From NCBI GenBank assembly GCA_041937175.2, contig CP166615.1:192001-256000 (forward strand): 64,000 bases of DNA. Direction: 5' to 3'. Below the pieces are notes generated by a model, which was not told where the DNA came from, did not search any database, and saw only the letters and a program-made list of their open reading frames with translations. A program made the translations under genes and the position numbers. Below, in pieces: positions 32,834 through 41,600 of the stretch (the stretch's first letter is position 1; each line of letters begins with the position of its first letter). Source of the stretch: Limnothrix sp. BL-A-16. GTDB lineage: Bacteria > Cyanobacteriota > Cyanobacteriia > CACIAM-69d.

Positions 32834-34115
32834 GGGATCGTGCGGGCGATCGCTGGGCTGTTTTGCGCCAACGGATTGCCGGAATTTCAATCGCCCAGTA
32901 GGTGAAGCTGGCCAGGGCGATCGATCCCAAAAACACCAACCCCAACCGTTCGCCATAGGCCACCAAGGGCGATCGGTTCGTGATCAACGGGCCGATCACC
33001 TTCAGTAAGGGATAGTGCCAAACATAAAGCCCAAAAGATAACAACCCGAGCAATTCCCAAGCCCTGAACGGATTAGCCGCCATGGCCGATCGGGAAAGGG
33101 GCCGGTTGCGTCCAGAGCTGAAATAAACCCGTCGTTCAAAGGCAAAAATAAACAGCCCCGTCGCCAACACCGTCAGCCCCGGAGCCACCAACAACACCCG
33201 ATCGCTCCCTTGATATTTCCACCAGGCGGCCAACCCATAAAGCAGCCCCATCGCCCCGATCGCCCAGCCTTTCCAGGGCAACCCCAGAATCGATCGGCTC
33301 CAAGCCAGGGTCACCCAGGGCCGAACCGGCAACCGTTGCCCTGGCTCGATCGGGTCTGTTTTGCCCTCCGCTAGGTCGATCGTTGGGAGTCGGTTTTGGT
33401 GTAGCTTTTGCATCAGCGGATTCAGCCAAAAACCCACCAGAAAGGCATCTAAATTGGCCGGCAAAAAAGTATAGATATAGCGAATAAAATAGGGATTGCC
33501 TTCCGTGCTACCCAATAATTGTTCAATTAACTCAAAAACTCCGAACCGATAGAGCATTAATCCACTGATCACCGCTGCCATGGCCACCAACAAGGACGGC
33601 CCGGTTTTCAGCCACCGCCGACTTGCCCAAAAAACGCAAGGGGCGATCGCATAAAATTGCACTTCCGTGGAAAGTGACCATAGGGGCGCATTAAACTCAA
33701 AGGGCAGAGAATGCTCATAGGTAAAAGTCAGCAACCGCAGCAAATGGCCCCAATGATTGGGTTGCCAACTGTGGGGATAAAACACCGCTGCCGATATCAA
33801 AATACAGGCATAGTAAAGCGGCAAAATTCGAGTGGCACGATTCTGAAAATATCGAATGATGCCAGGGCGATCGAGCCGATAGCGTTCGGTATAAAATCCC
33901 TTACCGATCAAATAGCCTGACAAGCAAAAAAACACCCGCACCGCCACGCCCCCCGGCGCAAACAGCACCCAACTCCAATCCTGTCCAGCCCAGACCAAGC
34001 TTTGGGCCGGCGGGCCGCAGTGGGCCACAATCACCAAACAGCAAGCCACCCCCCGCAAGGTCAGCAATGCGTCCCAACGGTTGGGCGGGCGCAAACCAGA
34101 ACCATCAGCAACCAT
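32814..34115 (-). CDS. Acyltransferase-3 (OafA-like) membrane O-acyltransferase
   Basis: LRGVA, FFCLSGYLI, RATRILPLY, WSLSTEVQFY, SFGLYVWH, IEIP. Confidence 0.88.
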   Translation of the reverse strand: MVADGSGLRPPNRWDALLTLRGVACCLVIVAHCGPPAQSLVWAGQDWSWVLFAPGGVAVRVFFCLSGYLIGKGFYTERYRLDRPGIIRYFQNRATRILPLYYACILISAAVFYPHSWQPNHWGHLLRLLTFTYEHSLPFEFNAPLWSLSTEVQFYAIAPCVFWASRRWLKTGPSLLVAMAAVISGLMLYRFGVFELIEQLLGSTEGNPYFIRYIYTFLPANLDAFLVGFWLNPLMQKLHQNRLPTIDLAEGKTDPIEPGQRLPVRPWVTLAWSRSILGLPWKGWAIGAMGLLYGLAAWWKYQGSDRVLLVAPGLTVLATGLFIFAFERRVYFSSGRNRPLSRSAMAANPFRAWELLGLLSFGLYVWHYPLLKVIGPLITNRSPLVAYGERLGLVFLGSIALASFTYWAIEIPAIRWRKTAQRSPARSLNDSNR

Positions 34116-34231
34116 GGCCAAGTGCCGCCAGCAAAACACTACGGTAAAGTAACACTACGGTTCACCGCTGCTCGCCCGTCGCGCTCTGTTCAGTCTCCTT
34201 TTCATTCAGTTTTTCCGGGGACAATTCACCC

Positions 34232-35650
34232 ATGCCTGCCCGTTGCGTTCCTTCCCGTGCTGAATTTTCCCTGAATGGACTGCTGCGATCGCTGCGGTGG
34301 GCAATGTCAGCGGGGGCGATCGCCCTGGTTTTGACCAGCGCTGGGGAAGTGGCTCGCGCCCAGTTACCGTTTCTGGATAACCTGCCGATTTTTGATATCT
34401 TTTCCCGGCCGGTCAAGGATGAATTTCCGCCCAGTCCGCTGGAACTGTTAGAGGCGGATCCGCTGCTGCCGGAGTTTCCGATGCAGCGGGAACTGTCGCC
34501 CACGGAGCGCGATCGGCTGCGTTTGGCCCTCGATGAATTGAACCTGCAAGCGGCGGCCACCCTGCGGGCCGGCAAAACCCTAGAGGCCTTCGCCCTTTGG
34601 AATCGAGAATTGCGATTGCGGCGGTTTTTGGGAGTGTTTGAAGAATTGCCGGCCCTGGGGCGGGTGGGCGAGCTGGCTTGGCGGGAAGGGGCCGTGGAAG
34701 AAACAAGGGTGGTGACCGATCGCATCAAGGCGATCCAAGCGGGGCAAACGGGCCCCAAACCGGTTTTGCCCGACGAACAACCGTTGCCCATCCCTGAAGA
34801 TCCGGCGCTGCTGGAGGCCCTGGGCTTGGCCTATTACCAAGTGCGTGCGCCCAAGTTGGCCTTGGCGGTGTTGGAACCGCGCCTGTTGATGGCCAGAACG
34901 GCCGATGATTCTACGGAAATTGAAAAATATCTGGTGGCGATCGGTCAATTGCGGGCCAGCCTGTTTGAGGATGCGGCCGCTGTGGATGCCTACCGGGAAC
35001 TGCTGGCGATCGAGCGGGCCAAAATTGCCGCCGGTCGTTGGGTGGTGGTGCCCGTGCCGCCGGGCACAGAACCCACGATTCCGCTCCATCGCCAGGCCGA
35101 GGTGCGCTATGCGCGGGAATTGGTGATGTTGCTGAATCGATCGCGCCAGTGGGATGAGGCGATCGCCGCCCAGCGCGATTTGTTGGGGGTCTATCAAGAA
35201 TTGGGGATTGTGCGGCTAATTCCGCCCTTGATGAGCGAGTTGGCCGCCAATTTTGACCGGGCCGATCGGGTGGAAGAAGCGGTGTTGCAATATCGCGAAA
35301 CGGCCGCCGCTGCCCGCTCCATCAAGCAGTTGGGCATTGCCCGAGAAGCGCTCGATCGCCTGGCCACTCTCTATCGCAGCCGCCCCGCCTTTGCCGACAA
35401 GCCCGATCTGCTGGCCAGTCTTTACATCAGCCTGTTGGAGCTGGCCCGCGAGGCGGCGGACGGCTACGGGATGATGGACACCTATGAAAAATTGGGTGAT
35501 TTGTTTGTGAGTTTGAACCAGCGCGATCGGGCCCGCATTGCCTACGAACAGGCGGCGATTTTGGCGAAGCAGTTGCAACACCGCGAAAGTTATTTCGCCC
35601 GCAAGCTCCAAGACCTGGGCCCCGCCCCCGCCCCCTTCAACCAACCGTAA
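34232..35650 (+). CDS. Exported TPR-like helical-repeat protein
   Basis: Signal-like segment ending ARA; TPR-like helices (ALGLAYYQ, EKLGDLF); start uncertain. Confidence 0.7.
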   Translation: MPARCVPSRAEFSLNGLLRSLRWAMSAGAIALVLTSAGEVARAQLPFLDNLPIFDIFSRPVKDEFPPSPLELLEADPLLPEFPMQRELSPTERDRLRLALDELNLQAAATLRAGKTLEAFALWNRELRLRRFLGVFEELPALGRVGELAWREGAVEETRVVTDRIKAIQAGQTGPKPVLPDEQPLPIPEDPALLEALGLAYYQVRAPKLALAVLEPRLLMARTADDSTEIEKYLVAIGQLRASLFEDAAAVDAYRELLAIERAKIAAGRWVVVPVPPGTEPTIPLHRQAEVRYARELVMLLNRSRQWDEAIAAQRDLLGVYQELGIVRLIPPLMSELAANFDRADRVEEAVLQYRETAAAARSIKQLGIAREALDRLATLYRSRPAFADKPDLLASLYISLLELAREAADGYGMMDTYEKLGDLFVSLNQRDRARIAYEQAAILAKQLQHRESYFARKLQDLGPAPAPFNQP

Positions 35651-35739
35651 TGGCTGGGTTTCCTAGGTTGCACTTGAAAGTTTCCAATCCCATAAATTTG
35701 CGAATTTTTGAAGGCATTGAGCACAGAAAACTCTCCTCA

Positions 35740-35870
35740 GAGGATGTCTGAGAAATATCTTTTAGTATGGGCTAAGGATCAATGACCGTGGGGACAAGGG
35801 GCTTAAGCCCCTTGTCTACGTCGATCCCTGGGGCGTACAGAGTAGCAATTTTGGCTTTTTAGACATCCTC
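35740..35870. mobile_element. MITE, family A, 131 bp, with a 3-bp TCA target duplication
   Basis: GAGGATGTCTGAGAAA ... TTTTTAGACATCCTC inverted ends, TCA on both sides, internal perfect palindrome GACAAGGGGCTTAAGCCCCTTGTC. Confidence 0.7.
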
Positions 35871-35889
35871 TCAGAAGTGCTAGACCTCC

Positions 35890-36972
35890 ATGCCAACCAG
35901 TTCCCAGCCAACTGATGATGCCGAGCAAACCCAAGCTGTCAGTTTTCCGCCGCTCACGGAAATTACGTTTGAGGAAGGCTATCTCGAAGCCGAGGAAATC
36001 CCATTTGCAGAATTGGCCCAACAGCAAGCTCAGAGCGAGGAACTATCAAGCCCAAAACCTCCCCAGATTCAGACCCTGCCTCTGGAGCCATTTACCTTTG
36101 AAACCGCTGCCCGATCGCCTGATCTGGAAATCCAGCGTTCTACAGGGAAAGCCCAGCAGTTCATTGAGCAATTGCCCAATGGGTTGACCCTAGCGATGGT
36201 GTTGATTCCCAGCGGCACGTTTCTGATGGGAGCACCTGAAGCAGAACCCCAATCTCGCGATAGCGAGCGCCCCCAGCATCTGGTGACAGTCCCTGAGTTT
36301 TTGATGGGGAGATATCCAATGACCCAAGCTCAATGGTGGGCGATCGCCGAGTTGCCCAAGGTCAACATTGACCTCAACCCCAATCCCGCAAAGTTCACAG
36401 AACATGACCGGGGCGATCGGGCTGAAAACCGCCCGGTGGAATGTGTCACTTGGCACGAAGCGATCGAAGCTTGCGATCGGCTCTCCCATGCCACTGGCCG
36501 CCCCTATGGTTTGCCCAGCGAAGCCCAGTGGGAATACGCTTGCCGTGCTGGAGCCACCAAGCCCACACCTTTTTGCTTTGGTGAACCAATCACGCCCGAG
36601 CTGGCGAACTACGACGGCAACTACACCTACGCCAACGGCCCCAAGGGAGCCTCTCGCCAGCGCACCACCGCCGTTGGCAGCTTTCCAGCCAATGCCTGGG
36701 GCCTGCATGATATGCACGGCAATGTTTGGGAATGGTGCGCTGATCTTTGGCACTCCAATTATCAGGGTGCGCCCACCGATGGCAGCGCCTGGACATCAGA
36801 TTCGACAAAAGATTCGCGGCCTTTGCGAGGCGGTTCCTGGAGCAGCAATCCCAGCAATTGTCGCTCTGCGGTTCGTGTCAAAAATTCACCGGACAGCCGC
36901 TTTAACTATGTCGGTTTTCGAGTTTGTTGTGCCGTTGCGCAGGCTCCCGAAGTGGGCTTGGTTGAAGAGTGA
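35890..36972 (+). CDS. FGE-sulfatase/SUMF1 (C-type-lectin-fold) domain protein 1
   Basis: GTFLMG, LPSEAQWEYACRAG, NAWGLHDMHGNVWEWC, RGGSW, VGFRV. Confidence 0.92.
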   Translation: MPTSSQPTDDAEQTQAVSFPPLTEITFEEGYLEAEEIPFAELAQQQAQSEELSSPKPPQIQTLPLEPFTFETAARSPDLEIQRSTGKAQQFIEQLPNGLTLAMVLIPSGTFLMGAPEAEPQSRDSERPQHLVTVPEFLMGRYPMTQAQWWAIAELPKVNIDLNPNPAKFTEHDRGDRAENRPVECVTWHEAIEACDRLSHATGRPYGLPSEAQWEYACRAGATKPTPFCFGEPITPELANYDGNYTYANGPKGASRQRTTAVGSFPANAWGLHDMHGNVWEWCADLWHSNYQGAPTDGSAWTSDSTKDSRPLRGGSWSSNPSNCRSAVRVKNSPDSRFNYVGFRVCCAVAQAPEVGLVEE

Positions 36973-37123
36973 TATAGGTATCTGGGAGCACGATCGGGAG
37001 GTAAGACCAATCTCCATATTCAACGACGATGATCGACTGGGTAGCCGCAATCCACGAATCATTGCGACTCGTTTTCCAAGCTTCCATCATCCCAAAAAGT
37101 GCAAGAGATCTTAATTTGTTGCC

Positions 37124-38032
37124 ATGTCCAGTGTTGCTAACCCTGCCGTGCGATTTGTGTTGCGCTACCGTTCGCGCAATGCCTTGCAATATGTCGAAGA
37201 CTTAGGTAACGGCATCACCCTGGAAATGCTAAAAATTCCCGGTGGCACATTTCTGATGGGATCGCCTGCTCATGAGCTAGGGCGTTATGAGGATGTGGGA
37301 GAAGAGCTGCACGCCGTCACCGTACCGGATTTTTTCCTAGGTAAATATCCAATCACCCAAGCCCAATGGCGAGCGATTTGTGCGCTGCCACCCGCTAATG
37401 CTGACTTAGTGCTGAATCCCAATCCCGCACAGTGTCTCAACGACTTTCAGGATGGAGAAACGGTGATTAGTACCGATCAGCGCCCCGTAGAGTACGTTAG
37501 TTGGCACGAAGCTACCGAAGCTTGCGCTCGCCTGGCCCAAGCCACTGGCCGCCCCTATTGTTTGCCCAGCGAAGCCCAGTGGGAATATGCCTGTCGTGCT
37601 GGGACAACCACGCCCTTTCACTTTGGCGAAACCCTCACTAGTGAAGTGGCGAATTACGATGCGGTGAGTTACGTTGAGTACGATGCCTACAGCCTTGGCT
37701 CCCAAGGAGAATATCGGCAAGAGACTACTCCGGTTGGCTACTTTCCGCCCAATGCTTGGGGCCTGCATGATATGCACGGCAATGTCTGGGAATGGTGCGC
37801 TGATCTTTGGCACTCTCACTATCAAGGTGCGCCCACCGATGGCAGCGCTTGGATCGTAGACGCGGAAAGCGATGCACGGCTTTTGCGGGGCGGTTCATGG
37901 TACTACAGCCCTGAGAATTGTCGCTCTGCGGTTCGTAGCTACTTTTCGCCGGAGAGCCTCAGTGCTGTTGTCGGTTTTCGAGTTTGTTGTGCCGTTGTGC
38001 GGACTCGCGAAGTGGGCTTGGTTGAAGAGTGA
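37124..38032 (+). CDS. FGE-sulfatase/SUMF1 (C-type-lectin-fold) domain protein 2
   Basis: Same motifs; the 3' part is colinear with gene 1 at an offset of 1060 bp. Confidence 0.92.
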   Translation: MSSVANPAVRFVLRYRSRNALQYVEDLGNGITLEMLKIPGGTFLMGSPAHELGRYEDVGEELHAVTVPDFFLGKYPITQAQWRAICALPPANADLVLNPNPAQCLNDFQDGETVISTDQRPVEYVSWHEATEACARLAQATGRPYCLPSEAQWEYACRAGTTTPFHFGETLTSEVANYDAVSYVEYDAYSLGSQGEYRQETTPVGYFPPNAWGLHDMHGNVWEWCADLWHSHYQGAPTDGSAWIVDAESDARLLRGGSWYYSPENCRSAVRSYFSPESLSAVVGFRVCCAVVRTREVGLVEE

Positions 38033-38162
38033 TGTAGGCTTGCATGGGAGCATGATCGGGAGGAAATCACCATCTCCATTCATCTCCCATGCACCGCTAC
38101 TAACGTTGGTTTAAGTTGCTCAAACCTAGTACTGAGAAGAGAAGCGGCTCTAAGGCTCAAGA

Positions 38163-38558
38163 CTATTTTGGCGGCGGGGTTGGTTTATCGGGAAATTTGC
38201 ATTTCACTTCGATGCCAAAGTCGTAGTCCATGGAGCCGCGCACCAAAAAGGGAATCCCACTTTGTCCACCGATTTTGACGTTGAATTTCACGGTCATTTC
38301 TTCAACGTTGGCAGTAGAAAATTGCCGAAAAGCGCCGATGCAAAATAGGGCATAGCCGCGCAGTTGCTTATGGGCTTCCTTGAGCTTGGCTTCCACGAAG
38401 GAGGGATTATCATCATCGCCACCCCGCCTTCCCCTGCCATCTTCTGAGCGATTTGAGCGATCGGGAACTGTGGATTCCCCATCGGCTGACGCGAACAAGA
38501 TAGTGTATTCTTCTCCAGTTTCAGGATCTTTGAAAAACAATGACTCAGGCACGGACAT
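38163..38558 (-). CDS. CU044_2847 / Trypco1-like peptidase-co-occurring protein
   Basis: About 131 aa with 'NVEEMTVKFNVKIGGQSGIPFL...FGIEVKCKF', matching my recollection of the family signature. Confidence 0.7.
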   Translation of the reverse strand: MSVPESLFFKDPETGEEYTILFASADGESTVPDRSNRSEDGRGRRGGDDDNPSFVEAKLKEAHKQLRGYALFCIGAFRQFSTANVEEMTVKFNVKIGGQSGIPFLVRGSMDYDFGIEVKCKFPDKPTPPPK

Positions 38559-38626
38559 AGCCAACCTCGCAGACTTAAGAAATATCGGATATCTTAGGTA
38601 AAGTTTACCGTAACCCAAATTAGTCC

Positions 38627-41600
38627 ATGCCTAAGAAAGCCCTAGTCATTGGAATTTCACAGTTTGATGATGTGGGCTTCCGATCATTAACCTGCGATCG
38701 CGATCTAGATCGAATTAGCGCATGGTTTAAGACACAGAATTATGATGTCAAAATCGCTCCCGAACTTTATAGCCAAGAAACACAAGAAATCTATCCCGAC
38801 CCAAAAGGGAAGCTTAATTACAATAACCTTAGAAATGAGCTAAAAAGATTCTTAACAGAAACAGTTAGGGGCTGTGAGTTGGCAGTGGTTTACATTGCCA
38901 GTCATGGTTGCTTGAAAACAGATGATAATGATGAGCCAGTGGCTTGTCTGGTGGCATCTGACACACCCAAGAAAAAGGAAGATAAAAATAAGACTTATCT
39001 GTTGGCAAGCTTGGCCAAGCTATTCGAGACTGCTGATGTTAATAATTTAGTGGGGATTTTTGATTTTTGCCATGCAGGGGCGATCACTGATCTAATTGAA
39101 GAAGTTGAAGCATCTTTTAAAAGACAAAAAAATTATGTTTTATTGGCGGCCTGTCACGCCAGCGAATCGGCATTTGACACCCAAGAAGGCGGTGTTTTCA
39201 CAACAGTATTATTAGAAGGACTGTCTCCTCAAAATGTAGACGAAAAGGGACGAATAACTGCGGCAAAATTATGTGATTTTGTACGAACGCGCCTAGGGAA
39301 TAGCGGTCAAACGGCCCGATGTCTTCCGGGGAAAGAGCTTTTAGCGATCGGGCAGTACGATCGCGCTGAAATCGAGACGGCGCAGGCGGCCACGGTTGAT
39401 CCGAAGCCGGAGCGGGGGCTGGAGCTGCCTGTGGGGTTTCGGCGGGTGGCGGAGTTGGTGGCGAAGGCAGAGTCGATTCAGCCGAGCCAAACCCAGTTTT
39501 ATCAGGCGACGGCTCCCCACTGGAGCGACATCAAGGCGAACTGTGATGCGCCGCGTGATTTGTATGCCGAGGTGAAGCAGTTTGTAATTGATCGACTCGA
39601 TCCAAAGTATTGGGCGATCGACCCGTTGGATGACACGTTTCGGCTGCCCCCTGTGCCCTTGGGGGTGATTGTGGGGCGGGGTGGCGAGGGCAAGAGCACC
39701 CTGTTGATGCGGGTGGCGGCGGATTTGGCGGCGGCGGGCTATGAAGTTTGGTGGCGGGAGGAGCGGCTGTCGGGGCTGAATGTGACGGCGTTGGCGACAA
39801 TGCCGCAGCCTGATCGGCCGGTGTTGGTTTGTGTGGATGAGTTGTTGTCTGGGGATGAGGAGGAGTTGCTGGGGGGTTTGATGCAGCTCTACCGGCAGAG
39901 CACGCCGTTGGTGTTGCTGGGAACGGTGCGGCAAGAGTTGTGGCGAGGGCAAATTGAGGAGCGGGCGGGGGGCGAAACCGAGATCGCTGCCTTTAAGTTT
40001 GGGGCGCTTGGCCCGTCGGAGCTAGAGGCGATCGTGGCCAAGCTGGAGGCGGCGAACAAGCTGGGGGAGTTGGCCAAGCTGGAGCCGGCCGAACGGGTGC
40101 AGCATCTGTTGACCAAGGCGGATGGTCAGTTGCTGATCTTGTTGTGTGAAGTTTGCGATCGAGAAGGTGTGAAAGCGCTGGTGCAGCGGAATTTGGATGC
40201 GCTGAAAAGCCAAAACCCCAATGGTGAGCTGGTGGTCGAAGCCTGCCAATATGTGGCGCTATTGCATAGTTTTGGCTTGGAAATGCCGCACACCCATTTG
40301 GGAAAGTTGTTGAATTTCAAAACAGATTTTGAACATATCAAGAAAGTTTTGAAGAGAACTCAGGGATTTTTAGAAGTTAGACGCACGTCAGAGGTTGATT
40401 GGTTTCAGACTCGTCATGCTTATGTAGCTGACATTATGGTTGAAGCTATGGTTAAGTCTCTAGAAGAAGATATTTATGATCGAATTTCGTCGTTTTTAAC
40501 GAATGCCATTAATGAATTTCAAGGTGAGCTGGTTCAGCCCTTTCTGAAAGTTCTAACCAGTCAGTGGCAGCTACTTCAGTTAGATATTGAATTGCTGAGG
40601 CGAGTCTTCGGGAGTTTAAATAAATCTTCGACAGTTCAGAAGGTGATTCTCAGTATTTGGGCAAATTTAGAAGCTTCTCTCAGCAATATCGAAGGAGCAA
40701 GAGATCTTTTCCGACAAGCTGTAGAGGCCGATCTAGACGATCCTAGATCGCTACAGATGTGGGCGGATTTTGAAGCAAGGCAGAATGAGCTAGAACAAGC
40801 CAGAAAACTGCTAGAGCAAGCTGTTGCACTCAATCATCAATATCGATTTGCTTGGACTAGTTTGTTAAAGCTTGAAAGACGCTGTAACAATCTGGAGCGA
40901 GCGCGGGAGATATTCCAATTGCTGTGGGAGCAGCAACCGGAAAACATCAGCCATCTAATTGACTGGATTGATTTTGAAACGCAACAGCGTAATTGGGATG
41001 ATGTTCGAGAACTATTAGAGCGAGCAACTAGCTTGCCAGGGATTCATGTTGGTCTATTTCATCGATGGATCAGGCTAGAAAAGCAGCAAGGAAATTATGC
41101 AAAAGCCTTAGCTATCTGTGAACGAGCTTTAGAGCAACATGCTGGCAATATCAGTTTGTTGCTTGCAGAAGCTATTTTGCATAGGCAAAGCGGCAACCCC
41201 GATCGCGCGAGAGAACTGTTCGAGCGAGCGAGCCAAGCCAATCCAAGCGATGCACCCGTTTGGCAAGCCTGGGCGTTGTTTGAGAAAGAGCAGCGCAACC
41301 CCGATCGTGCGAGAGAACTGTTCGAGCGAGCGAGCCAAGCCGACCCCAGTAATGCACCCGTTTGGCAAGCCTGGGCGTTGTTTGAGAAAGAGCAGCGCAA
41401 CCCCGATCGCGCGAGAGAACTGTTCGAGCGAGCCAGCCAAGCCGACCCCAGTCATGCACCCGTTTGGCAAGCCTGGGCGTTGTTTGAGAAAGAGCAGCGC
41501 AACCCCGATCGCGCGAGAGAACTGTTCGAGCGAGCCAGCCAAGCCGACCCCAGTCATGCACCCGTTTGGCAAGCCTGGGCGTTGTTTGAGAAAGAGCAGC

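Noticed and set aside
35650..38163. Complete DGR cassette
   Set aside because: No reverse transcriptase, Avd or AAC-rich template repeat was seen in the window; only candidate targets are present.
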